This document shows positions 49,884 through 63,200 of a stretch of 64,000 nt of DNA, in pieces (position 1 is the stretch's first letter; every line of letters starts with the position of its first letter). The notes under the pieces were generated by a model that saw only the letters and a list, made by a program, of their open reading frames with translations, made no database searches and was not told the origin of the DNA. The stretch is from Takakia lepidozioides (taxonomy: Eukaryota; Plantae; Bryophyta). The translations under genes and the position numbers were made by a program. The stretch lies in the NCBI GenBank assembly GCA_030704615.1, contig CM060731.1, forward strand, positions 7,812,001-7,876,000, written 5' to 3'.

Positions 49884-50525
49884 TTGGAGTTTCCGCCTCG
49901 GATAGCGAAGGGATGGGTGAGTAAAAGCCCCGCGACATTTGGCGACCATACTGGGGAACTGGGTCATGAACAACCAGATGTGACAGGCATCTGGTGGGAT
50001 CATGGTGGTTGGAGAATTAAAGAATTTGATGTGAATCAAATTCCCTGTGAAACTGAGAAGGAAAGATTGTCTAAACGATTCTTTCAGAGGTTCTTGGAAT
50101 TGCCAGACGGTTGTAAAGAAAACATTCTTAAAAGAGTGCATGATGCTGACCCTGAGTGGGGTCTGGAGAAAGGAGTGATAAAGATTTATCAGGTGGCCTG
50201 TAGAGGAAGAGCACGTTGGTTACCAAGACTGGTTTATGTGATAGCATTGATATCCATTAAGCGAGTAGAGTTTGAAGGTTGGGAGGAAAGAAAGGTGAAT
50301 GTTTATACTCATATGCATGAAGAGCTTGTATTGGTAAAGAATTGGATTCCAAAGGATATTTTGTGGATCAAACTCACACCAAGAACAGCTTTCCAGACTT
50401 GTTTGCCATATGGTTATATGGTAACGGAGACTTCTAGTATAGCCAAGGGTGCATTGAAGCTTGAAAGAAACCCAGGCATATTCGAGAGATATTACAAAAG
50501 AGAGTTTTGGTTATTGCCACATTAA
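49884..50525 (+). CDS. Family A ORF0 copy (LTR ATG mutated to CTG)
   Basis: Homologous to 26696-27391; frame still open. Confidence 0.6.
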   Translation: MEFPPRIAKGWVSKSPATFGDHTGELGHEQPDVTGIWWDHGGWRIKEFDVNQIPCETEKERLSKRFFQRFLELPDGCKENILKRVHDADPEWGLEKGVIKIYQVACRGRARWLPRLVYVIALISIKRVEFEGWEERKVNVYTHMHEELVLVKNWIPKDILWIKLTPRTAFQTCLPYGYMVTETSSIAKGALKLERNPGIFERYYKREFWLLPH

Positions 50526-53500
50526 AAGAAATGAAAGACATGAGACATGAGTGATGAAAGAGAAGCTAGACTCCAGAGATATTCAGCAAAAAGAGAAAGC
50601 TATCTGAAAGCTAATTATCCATATCTTTGGGAGAGAAGAATAGACATAGGGGAATCATCTGGACCTCTCACACCATTAAGATCAGGGAGTACATCACCCA
50701 TACCGGAAGAACTAGAGTTGGATGCCACTCCTTCTTTTTCTTTGCAAGAAAGATTAAGGGAATTGGTACAAGAAGAAGATCAATCACGAGGTGAAAGATC
50801 TGAGGTACATCCCTGGATAAAAGATTTGACATAAATCTCTGATAAGAGTTGGCATGGAACACCAAAAGCAGGAACTCCAGTTTCTGAAGCGGAAGGTGAA
50901 GAAGGAGGAGAGGATGTGGCAGAGCCAACGGAGAGTTCAGACTCTCCAACACCATTGCAGTTGAGTTACATGAGTGAAGAAGAAACCCAAGGGCAGAACT
51001 TGGAGGATGAAAACAGAGAGAAGAAATTGGAAGAGGAAGAATATGAAGAAGTAGACCCAACAGCTGAGGTTGAGACTACAACCAGGACATCCCAACCCGT
51101 TGGACCTGGATCAAGTGGAGCACTTGGATCACAGGCCAACGAAGGTGTCGGCTCAGGGGGATCAGGTGGGCTGCTTGGATCTGGCTCTGGGGGGACAGGG
51201 AGTGTGGGAAGTAGTGCAACTGAAGCTGGGAATACTGTGAATATCGTGGGGCCGGAAGCAGGGAGTGCTCAAGGGCCACCACTTGGTGGAAGATCCACCA
51301 CAAAAACAACAGGTCCAGAAGGACCAGCACCAGCAAGGGTGCCAGCACCTGTCAGTGGGCAGAAGGTAGGGCCATAGATGGCGTTACAACCAACACGGGC
51401 AAAACCACCTTTTCCTATTCAGGAAAAGGGGATCCGGATGTACACATTAGCCAATTTGAGCACATGTGTATAGTGAACAATGAGAATGGCGATGATGCCA
51501 AGATGAGACTGTTTCCGTGTTCACTTATAAAGAAAGCAAGTGAATGGTATGCAAGATTCCCTGATAATCATTTCCTAACCTGGAATGGCTTGAATACAAC
51601 ATTTTGAAATAGGTTCAGGACAAGTAAAACTGAGGATGAAGTGTATGGAAATTTACAACAGTTAAAGCAAAAGAAGCATGAAACTGTTGAGGAGTATATG
51701 GAAAAGATGGAATTGATGATGAAAAAGCTGGATGCAGTACCAGCACCCGGTTTACAGAAGACTTGGTTTGTGAGTGGACTAAGGCTAGAGTTGCAAAAGA
51801 AAGTGGATATGTTACCCCATAATACAGTGGAGGAGGCATTTGAAACAACAAACAGAATTGAGCAATTGGGAATGCTCAGGAGAGAGAAAAGGGATGATGA
51901 AGACTCTGAGGAGGAGTCAGATGAAGAAGAAGAGCAAGAACTAAAAAGGAAGAGTAAGAGAAAGGAGAAGTTGAAGAGGGATAACTATGAAAAAAGATTG
52001 GAAGAAATCTTGAAGAAATATGCCACAGAGGCAGTAACACATTGGAGGAAGGGTGTATGGTGTGCAAAGTGCCAAAATGAAGACCATACCACCACTGAAT
52101 GCCACATGAAGGAGAAACACTGTACTATCTGTAAAATGGATAACCATTCTACTGAGAATTGTTACTACAACAGAAGGACAGCTGCAAGAGAACCTAGGCA
52201 AGTAAGGGTGCATCAGGTGCAGCCCCAGCCAAGAAGAAACAATGATCAGGACCACTATGTAGGTCTGGGGTGGTTATAACAATGGCATGGAAGGGAGAGG
52301 TAATTCAAGAGGGAATTACCAAGGAAATAATCCAAGAGCAGACCAAGGGCGAGGACCCAATGGTGAAGAACTATGTTACTATTGTAATCAGCCAGGACAT
52401 CGCAAGGCAGCTTGTTCATTCTGGATAAGACACCAGAATGAGATGAGAGCTCTGTGAGAGGGCCCAGTGGTGGCAGCTCACATGGTTAGGCCATGTGTTG
52501 TACCAGAAGTAAGTACAATGATAGTAACCAGAAGCAAAGCCAAATTAATACCTCCGGTAGTTAAGGAAGATGATGATAATGAAGGTGGCAGTGATATACC
52601 TGAAGATGATGGGGCTTGGAGAGAGGAGAAGGAACTGCACAAGGAAGTTACAGATACCATAAGGGAAATGCAGAAGAGTACTGATATTCCTGTGGCAGAT
52701 TCCTCTGATTCTGATGGAGAAGAAGAAGGGAGTGAAGATGAAAGGAAGACAGAAGATGCAGACATACAAAGTAATGAAGAAACTTTGGCTGAAGTAATAT
52801 GCCAGACCAAAGCAGAAATTACCATTGGACAGCTATTGGCTGTGGCACCTTATTGTAGGCACAGGCTGTATCAAACAATCAATCGAATTGCCCAGGAGAC
52901 CGGAAACACAGACCTGAACAGCAAGGTGACCAGTTATATTGTGAAGCCAGAAGGGCAAGAAACAGTCATGGACTTTGATGATTCTATGCCAGTAATCCAA
53001 TTGAGAATTGGAAGCATTAGAACTAACTGATGTTGTACTGATAGATGGAGGTTCTGAGTAAATATATGAAAGACCAATTGAGAAAGAAGCTTGGTCTAAG
53101 TAACATGAAACCAGCCCCATTTACAGTAACAATGGCAGATCAAAGAAGTGTACAGCCATTGGGATGAATAAGAGGAGTTAAGATACAGATACAGAAGATG
53201 ATGAACAGTGCTGAAAGGAACTATAGCACAACGGAAAGAGAAGCATTGGCAATGATCTATGCAGTGAAGAAATTCAGGCATTACCTGTTGGGCAAGAAGT
53301 TTATGTTCTATGTGGATCACCAGGCTCTGATATACCTGGTAAATAAACCTCTGAGAAGCGGAAGAATAGCAAGATGGTTGATAATCTTGCACGAGTTTGA
53401 GTTCGAGGTTGTTTACAAGCCTGGGAGACTGCATCTTGTGGCGGATCACTTGTCACGGTTATCAACAGGAGAACCAGCCACAGGAATAGATGATCAATTA

Positions 53501-55325
53501 CCAGATGCGAGTCTATTTGCAGTGGAGGTGGTGGGAAGTACAGATAACTGGTTAGATTGGCAGTGGCCAATCAGATACTACCTTGCTCATGGTCAGTGCC
53601 CACCTAGTTATGGTAAGGAGCAGAGGATGAGAATCGCTATCAAAGCTTTACCTTATTACTATGGTAGGAAGCAGAATGTATAAGCTAGGACCTGATGGAG
53701 TACTAAAACGATGCTTGTACCACCATGAAGTAAATAAAGTTTTGGAGGAAGTTCATAAAGGAGTGGAGGTCATTTTGGAGAGAAGAGACTACCAGTAGGA
53801 AGATACTACTTGCAGGTTACTGGTGGCCTACTTTGTTCAAAGATGTACACGAGTATTGTCAGAGTTGTGATGAATGTTAGAGGCTAGGACCTTTGCAGAG
53901 ATCTGGAAGGATGCGCCTTGCATCCTACAATGCCTACGGAACCATTTCAGAAATGGGGACTAGACTTTGTTGGACCAATCAACCCACCAGCCAAGAATAC
54001 ACAGAACAGGTACATAATTACAGCCACTGATTATACTACGAAGTGGGTGGAAGCTAAAGCTTTGAGGGACAACCACAACCAAGTCCACAGCAAGGTTCCT
54101 GTACGAGAACATACTTACACGATTTGGCTGTCCCTTAGAATTTATCAGTGATCAGGGAAGTCACTTCATTAATGAGACCATTGAGTTGTTGACTAAAGAG
54201 TTCATGATTGTGCATAGAAAAAATACAACATGTTACCCACAGGGTAATGGGCAGGCAGAGGCTACCAACAAAATACTATGTACTATCTTGGCTAAGATAG
54301 TCAATGCAAACAGAACGGATTGGGATACAAAGCTGCTGACAGCTTTGTGGTCATGCAGGACTTCATATAAAGTCACCACTAAGTATACACCATTCCAATT
54401 AGTTTATGGTATGGAAGCCTTACTTCCAGTGGAATTCCTGTTACCTACCATGAGAACGGAGTGGGGAAAGAGAATGGAATTGCAAGATTCCATTAAGGTC
54501 AGGAAACATGAATTATATCATGTGGAAGAAGTACGTGCTGATGCAGCTGATAATATGACCAGAATTCAGATGAAGAGAAAGGAACAGTTTGATGAAGGCA
54601 AGTTAAAGACTTTTAAGACGGGGGATTTGGTTCTATGGTTGCAGAAGAAAGGAAAGATTAAATCACCATGGAAAGGACCTTATGTCATACAAAAGATGTA
54701 TGATAACAACACCGCCATGTTACAAACCATTAACAAAGAAATGCTGGGAAGAGTCAATGCCAATAAGTTAAAGGGATACAGTGGTATCCATGAACAAACC
54801 CTTGCAGCATGACTTGCATGTTGAAACGCAAGAGCAGTCGCGGGCTGCACCAGTGTTACGAACGGAGTATGGAGCACTTGTCGCTAGGCCGAGCATATAT
54901 GACCAGGGCAGGCAAAACAAGCGTGACACAGCCTATCACAGCCCATCAAGGCAAAACACAGCCTATCACAGCCCATCACGACGTGACACAGCCTATCACA
55001 GCCCAGCACGGCGCAACACAGCCTATCACATCCTACCACAGCGTATCACAGCGTATCACAGCTTACCACAGTGCATCACAGCCTATCACAGCGTACCACA
55101 GTATGACACAGCCTGTCACAGCTCAACACAGCCTACTAGGATTACACGATCCATAGAATCAGTGACAGGTGGGCGCACAATAACTTCAGGAAAATGGCTG
55201 ACGGAAGAAAAGACGAAAACCAGTTTAAAAAATAGACACGTGGAAGTCAGGGCGCGACACAGCCGAGAAGGAAGTGCAAGAACAGGTGTCATAAAGAAAG
55301 AGGACAAGAACGGCCGTCAAAATGG

Positions 55326-58300
55326 ATGAAAGGCGGGCCCATTAATGAATACGGAAAAAAGGGAACAGAACAAACGGCAAGTACAGAAAAGCGAAATTCT
55401 TGCCACATGTGTGATCCTAGAGGACTATCCAGCAGGGAAAGTCCACTAAAGAAAATGAAATCTAAAATCAAGTCACAGTGGTTACAGCCAATAGAAAGCC
55501 AGAGAAAGGATCAAGAAATTGGAGGGAAATTAAGCGCAAGAGGCGGCGTCGTTCTGAGTAGCGGGCGTCTCGATAGGACAGACCATCAATGCTATAGCTT
55601 GAAAACTATGGAAGAACTAACAGACTATACGCTTGCAATACTACTTACGCAGTGGCATAGGGACGAAACAACAGAGCGGATCTTTTCTCTTGAGCGATGC
55701 TTGCAAGCCCCACAGGCTTACAAGAAATTACCCATAGCTTTTTGTGGCAACCATACGTTTATGCTTTGTGCACTACAGGCATTTCTTCAGTTGTTACAGC
55801 CAAAACATTTCTGTGAGTCTAGAATGAAGAGAGTGAGAGGAATGGAGGAAATCAGGGTGAAGAGCACCACAATTCTACAGAAACAAACGATTGCTACCCC
55901 ACAGGCGATACAGATACTGAAGGAGCTGAGATTGCAAGGATTGCAAAGCATAGATTGGACATTACACCATAGACAGTACATGTTACAATTTTTGCAGAAC
56001 TTTGAGCCAAGGACAGGAACAACAACGGTGAAGGGAGTTGAATTATTAATTACTCCCCTATACCTCCAGCAATTGTTTCGATTGCCAGCAGGTCAGGTGC
56101 ATGTGGAGGAACACAGGGCAAGACTGCAAATAGGGGACTTATTCCAAGAAGGGAGTTTCCTTAAAACTCAGGGTTATGCTTGTACAAAGGCTGTGTACCC
56201 AGGGCTAAAGGAGATAGGCCAGGTATTGAACGTTCTGATTGCCATGAAACAGAACCAACAGTATTTGAGCAGATCCTTCACGGAGGAAATACTCAAAGCC
56301 CTGAAAGGACAAGAGGTAGAATGGGCGGACATAATGTACAACGCACTGGTAGAGGAGATGAAAAGATTACAAGGTACTACCGCAAAGTCTCCTATCATAG
56401 TATCTGGCCCAATCATTGCTCAAATAATTCTTGATTCTGGCATACTTGATGCGCAAGAAAGAAAGGAGATGGGAGTGTTTGAGCCAGAAACCATTGCAAT
56501 GGAAGAGCAAGGCTCTTCACACAGTGAGGGTGGACTAGCAGGGCAACCCGAGACTAAGAGGCAGAAACGGGGAAAGACTATACTGGCGGATCCACTGGCT
56601 TCACGGATTCCGCATGATAATGTTTCCCAAGCTCATGTGCAGGAAGGGGCACAGCAGCACAGAGAACTGCTATTACTGGAAGCAGGACCTTCAGAAAGGG
56701 AGGAGGAAGTTACTTCAGTATCACAACCATCAGAGCCAGTTGATTGGCTTGTCACAAGGTTACAAGTTGTCCATGCAGCTCAACCAGAAATAATTGAATT
56801 GGAAAAAGAAGGGTTAGATATTCCAACTACAGAACAGATAGTGGCGGAAATTGAGAAGGGGGACCTTCTCTATGAATATTCTGGTCTGGTCAAGGAGACA
56901 GAGATTCCAGAGGTGCAACAGTCGCCCAAGGGAAATCCTGAGGTGCATATAATACACACACCTGTGGTGGAGGTACCACAGGTAGAATGTCAAGACACTG
57001 CAGCACCGGTGATGGATGATGTGGTTCAGGAAGAAAATCCAGTGGGACAATGTCCTGAATGGTTCGTGAGACATCACACGGTTGAGGATCAGGAGAAACA
57101 GCAGCAACCTCACCATGATGACCCTCAACAGGCAATGTTGATGAGTTCCATAGGTAGGACACTTAATTTGTTGGGGACTTGTGTCAAATCCCATGTTCCA
57201 ACTACCCAATTGACAGCCTTGAGAGAGGAACTCAGGAAGGAGTTTGAGGCTTGACTAGCCACTGAGTGTGCAAACAAGGTCGATGAGGAGGTCACTCTCA
57301 AGATGCAGCAGGACTTGGAAAATACAGAAGCGGCTCTGCAATTGGCCAAGGAACAATTGATTGAGGCAGGCCTCGCGCAAGACCAGTTGCACGAAGCACA
57401 TAAGCAACAGCTATACCAAATGCAGGTGAAGCATGAAAGCAAGTTGCAAGAAGTAAATGCACTACATACGGAGTTGCAGACAGTGCATGACAGGATGGCC
57501 ATCCAATGTGCTACACTCACAACTATGCTTGACCAATCTACAATAGAAATAAACAGTCAAGCGGAAAAAAATATGAAGGCAGAAGAAGAGAATGTTGAGC
57601 AAATGAAACTCATTGTCGACATGAAGAATACAATCTGTCGCAATGAGGATACTTTCAAGCAATACAGGCAGGTTGAAGCTGACCAAGAGAGGCACATCCT
57701 GGAGTTGCAACAAACGGTCATGGCCAATAGAAATGAACTCTCTGTGGCTAACAAAGCTTGGAAGGAAGCCAATAATCTGGCTGCTGCCTATGCAAATTTG
57801 GTTGAACCTCATGCGAAGCATATGGAGGCTTTACAACAGCAGTTAGATGTGTACAAACAAAGAGAGGAGCACACTCTCAGGGGAACCACAAGCAACTTGG
57901 TGGATAACCACCTTATGCAGGTCTGGTTAGCACAAGGGCCAGTGGAGGGCAAAGCACCACGAAAGCTCACCCAAAGCGAGATGAATGAGCTCAGGCTGCA
58001 AGTGCAGAACATTGCCACAACTACTATAGACAATGTCTATAGTAGGATAGCAGAGTTACAGGAGGATATAGATGGCCTGCAGACTCAAGTGGAGGACCTC
58101 ACTTCAAATATCGACAAGAGAGTCTGTGTACCTGATGAATTGCTAATGGCTTCTTATTTAAAAGCGAGAACTTTAGCTTTTCAGTCTTCTTCACAGGAGG
58201 TGCAGGAGATGCCAATGGTACAAGAGCCAGTGCCACCAACATCACAACAAGTCATTGTGCCAATAGCTGACCCTGTTGTTACTACAACTCCACCACAGTC

Positions 58301-59075
58301 TGAGGTATGGGGCAATGCTGCTTTTAACCCACCTAAAACTCCAGCTGCAAGGGAGTACAATAGGGCTATGATTCTGCCCTTCAACCAAATTCCCATCATG
58401 TTGGATTTGGCTTGGAAAGAATTTAGTCCTCCGCAGTCATTCGCACATTACTACCAAATCATGCGTATTTGGCTGCCAGTGGCAACTAGGACTAAAGTTC
58501 TTCCGATCAATCGACCAATTGAAGATCATCACTTTGCACAATACTGGCATGAGGCAGGTACAATGTTGAGGGAATTAATTGCCTTCCAAGTTGTACATGG
58601 ATTCATTTATACCAAGACCAAGGAGGTAGCGAGTATTGTCATGGGATGTGGATTATACTACGCTGCTTGTTTTCTGGTACGTTATCACATTGAGCAGCAA
58701 AAGATGCAAGCGCGCTTTCTGAGTTATTCCGGTGGGGATCATTGGGTCTTACCTTCAGTGCCACCTCATATGTACCTATATGAGCCAAAAGTTATGATGC
58801 AAAACGATTCTCAAATTCGTTCATGGTTTCAGGCAGCCTGGAACAATTTGTCAACACAGAAATTCGGCATTGATGATATTTTCTCTAAGGCACATGTGGC
58901 ATGGAAATACTTGAACAAGTCACAAGTCATTGGTACCCCACTCACCTGGACAGACAAGGAGCTCAGTGTCTTCACCAATTTTGCAGTTCAGCGTTTATAC
59001 CAAGTTTTAAAATATAAACTTCCAGACATGGTAGGACAACATTGTATGCCCCAGACGATTCCACCAAAAGTTTGA
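55326..59075 (+). pseudogene. A2 extra 3' ORF, one frame broken by a single TGA (CGA in A1)
   Basis: ORFs 55326-57254 and 57303-59075 are in frame; the C-terminus probably extends further through a frameshift. Confidence 0.8.
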
Positions 59076-60221
59076 CAACCAAAACACCTGAGAGGCGATG
59101 AGGATTCTGATACAACTGTTTCTTCGAGGGATTCTTTTGACATGGGAGAAGACTATGCAATTCAGATGGAAGAAAAGAAGCGACGGGGGTCTCCTATGCC
59201 TGAAAGATTACCTCGATATCAGCCTCCAGAGGGCCTTACATATCCAGGTAGTGTTCAATCATCTCTGTCAACCAGTGGCAGACCTCGGGCTCGCACACAA
59301 GTCCTTCACGAGACTCTCAACGTCGAAAGGGTGCTCACTCACAAAGGTTTGCTAATCCCAAACAGTAAAACCGTGAGGACACGGCTTTTTGAGAGGGGAA
59401 GGGGTAATGTTAGAGGACTGCCAGGGACTTAGACATTTTTACGGGATCTGTAGGGTACCCTTAATTTTTGCACAGACTGAGATCAACAGGAGCCTTAGGG
59501 GTGACAGCAGCACACTGTAAAAGGGGGTTACACAGTCCATCACAGCCAACACAGCCCGTCACAGTCGTCACAGCCGACACAGCCAACACAGCCCGTCACA
59601 GTCGTCACAGCCGACACAGCCATCACAGCCGACACAGCCAACACAGCCCGTCACAGTCGTCACAGCCGACACAGCCATCACAGCCGACACAGCCATCACA
59701 GCCACACAGTCCGTCACAGCCGACACAGCCCGTCACAGCCGACACAGCCACACAGCCAGTCACAGCCCGACACAGCCAAACACAGTCGCACAACCAGTCA
59801 CAGTTTCACACAGCTGTCACGACCATAGGGAACGGAGAGCAGGACAGGGAACGACTGTGGGGAAACAACACCTGCAAATGGAACATGTTAGTTCACGGAC
59901 GACGATTAGTGAGGAAAACGGTTAGAGCCACGGGTAGGAAGATAAAGGGAGAAGCATGGAGAGCACGGGGGATCAATCTTGGAAGGGAGGCTGCTATTTC
60001 ATGAGCGGCATGAGCATGAGCGGCATGAGCATGAGCGGGAAAAAAAAAAGCATGAGCAGACCATTGTGAGTCCACGGAAATAGGGTTAGGAGGCACGGAA
60101 ATAGGGTCATGTGAAGTTGGAATGTGGCACCAGTGGACTTGAAATGCAACATTTTATTGCAAATTTTGTGGCAAGCCACGTCTATACAAGTGTGTTCTAA
60201 CTGTCATAGCCGGAATGGGCA

Positions 60222-63200
60222 CTACTCTCCTACACCCTCCGAGGAACTTGCCCCACCTTCTTCCTCATCCCCCTCATCCCCCTCATCCTCCGAGCTCTGT
60301 GATGCATCAGTTCCACTATGCCTCTCAAAAATCCCGTCCTCTCCTTGGGGGACTGTCCACCTCACCTCCTGGGAATCTTCTGCGTCTTCTCCCCCACTTT
60401 CCTCAGCAGAATCCAACACAAATCTACGAGCCCGACGGGCTCTAATAGCTGCTGCCTCCTCCCTCATCTTCATTTTCTTGAGGCTTGCCTCGTCTAAAAT
60501 CTGCTGTACACGACTACGTTCGGAACACCTCCTAATGGACACCGAAGCAAGCCGGGCAGCATAAGTAGGAAGGATGTACTCCCTTTCTGGACTAGGCATG
60601 AAATCCCCCCTGGCAAAAAAAGGCACGTTCCTCCTACCCATGAACTCCGGTGTAGACGTCCCTCCGGCAGTACTTGGCATCCTACAGTAAGAACAAATCC
60701 ACTTGAAGAATGTCAATACCAGCACAACCAGAAAGGGTTTTCAATGAAATAAGAGAGCGGAGGGAGGTGCCTCACAAAATCTGGAGGCAACTTACAATGC
60801 CACCACTCACTCGTAAACCGGGGGCTCCTCGGCCTCGATCCCAACTTCCTCCCCCTGCTCCTTCTCGGATTTTTCCTCATCCTCCGAGGATGCCTCTTCC
60901 TCTTTCGGCAGACGTTCAGCCGCTGCAAGTTCCGAGTTGTGGAGGGCAGTATCTGGCTCGAAGGCGAACACATGCCTGTCGGACAACGTCCCTGCCCACA
61001 TTGAAGCACCTGAGGAACAAAGCGGGCGGTTAATAGCTTGCGGCATGCAATTGCAATGGGGCCAGGGGACAAACTGAGCACGTGAAGGCTTACCCGTGCC
61101 GCATGTGAGGTCCAGAATCCGCCCTTGGACATCCGAGCACGTCTCCATGAGGGTTTGGATGAAAGCAGGGCTCCGGGTCCAGCTGTACCGCCACGGTTTG
61201 CCTGTCTTTGTGTCCTTCGGCATACTAGAGTGGGGCACATAGTTGTAGAGGACATCGTAGGTTACAGGGTCCACAGCGGCATCAACAAGACGACCGTCGT
61301 TGTGGAATTTGAACGTAGACCCTCTCTTCACAAAGCAATATGCCTCAAACACCAATGTCTGCACATCCAACAAAGAAGGGATCAATTCCAGGGTCTACTT
61401 AACATACACCACAATATGAAGTGAATGCAATAGATTGATAACTTACACTTTGGCCCTCTGTTCGCAACCCCTGCGTACTGATGCAGAACCATTTTCTGAG
61501 GAGGACCGGGGTGACACTTTTCGGTGTCCACCTTGCCACCGCATTCTCTGTGGTCTTCCCTCTCGTGGCAAGGACAACCACACATCCACCGTCATCCAGA
61601 AGCATCCCCGCCAGCCCAAACCCGGCTTTCCAGTAGTCCTCAGTAAACCTGTTCCAGGTGGGCACACCATCCAGGCCCTCCAGCAGCTCCCCATCTGGAA
61701 TGTCGAGGAGAATCATGTCGCAAGCTCTCTCCACCTCAACCCCCCCCCGAGTGCTCTTGCAATTCGTGCTCACAGCCGTGAAGAATTCCATCATGGCTTC
61801 AAAACCAGGGGTGTCTTTAGGCTCTGTACCGGCAGCCCTCTTCTTGGCTTTCCCCTTCTGCTCCGCCAGAGACTTGTTGTGTGCCACCTTCTTCGCCCTG
61901 GCAGCGAGAGCGTCAAGGAAGCTCTCATTGACGCATTGGATGATGGTTGGAGGTTCTAGCTTTGGCCTGTGCGTAAACGTCACCGCCGAATACCGCCGTG
62001 TAGGCTCGCCCTCAAATGCCAACTTCTTGGCAGAGCCAGTCCCACTCCGAACTGACTTGGGAACCCGGACGACCGGTGACTGGGTAGGAGCAACAGCAAT
62101 CGCAGGACCTTGAACAAAATCGGCGTCGGAGTCACTCTCTTGGGTCCCCTCCTGCGCCTCCTCCGATGGCCCGATGGTTTTCTTCTTTTTGGGTGTTACT
62201 GCAGTCACCTGTTTCCTTGTCCTTTTCCTTTGACCTTTACTCTTCTCATGCAATTTCTCCTGAATTCCTGCCTGAGCAAGCTCTGCCGCTTTCCTGGAGT
62301 TCGCAAGCGCTTTTGCCTCTTTTGCACCCAACGGAGGCAGCGGAGCCCGGTTTCGTCGGAATTCAGCATCCAGCTTCAATTGAAACTCGGATGGGTCGAG
62401 CGAGCCGGACGGAAGGTCCACATACCAAGGGCAATCACGCAAATGTTCCAGATGCCACTCCTTCACAATATCGTCAGTGTACATGGAGTCAGCCCCAGGG
62501 TTCCTCCATGCCAGGAAGAATGGTGGCTCGAAAGACAGATGACCTTTCTCCAAAAGCGAGAACTTACAGTACCTGCATTCATGAAAAACACAATGAGGTC
62601 CGAAAAATGGCTAAGTCCCTGAACGGCAATAGGGCCTACAACTGGAATATGGCGCCGAATTTCCACTTCAGGGCCACCCAGTCTAGGGACTTAGCCCGAA
62701 AATGGCTAAGTCCCTGGACGGCAATAGGGCCTGGAACTGGAAAATGGCGCCGAATTTCCAGTTCCGGGCCAGCCACCCTAGGGACTTAGACCGAAAATGG
62801 CTAAGTCCCTGGACGGCAATAGGGCCTAGAACTGGAAAACGGCGCCGAATTTCCAGTTCCGGGCCAGCCACCCTAGGGACTTAGACCGAAAATGGCTAAG
62901 TCCCTGGACGGCAATAGGGCCTAGAACTGGAATATGGCGCCGAATTTCCACTTCAGGGCTAGCCAGTCTAGGGACTTAGCCCGAAAATGGCTAAGTCCCT
63001 GGACGGCAATAGGGCCTAGAACTGGAAAACGGCGCCGAATTTCCAGTTCCGGGCCAGCCACCCTAGGGACTTAGCCCGAAAATGGCTAAGTCCCTGGACG
63101 GCAATAGGGCCTAGAACTGGAAAACGGCGCCGAATTTCCAGTTCCGGGCTAGCCACACTAGGGACTTAGGCCGAAAATGGCTAAGTCCCTGAACGGCAAT

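Larger units (their letters stand above)
49027..59985 (+). mobile_element. Family A copy A2: RT-deleted derivative with 3' LTR cut by element E
   Basis: 5' LTR 49027-49937, PBS at 49940, ORF0, gag with stops, protease-to-RNase H junction at ~53197, integrase, 3' ORF, and 3' LTR 59408-59985. Confidence 0.93.

Noticed and set aside
59468-60004. Ser/Gln/Pro/His-rich ORFs in family A LTRs (also 8246-8512, 25895-26194, 45097-45399)
   Set aside because: By-products of the stop-poor CACAGCC arrays; frames differ between copies.
59986-60010. Helitron end for element E
   Set aside because: No TC start, CTRR end or A/T target; the terminus matches the MULE end instead.
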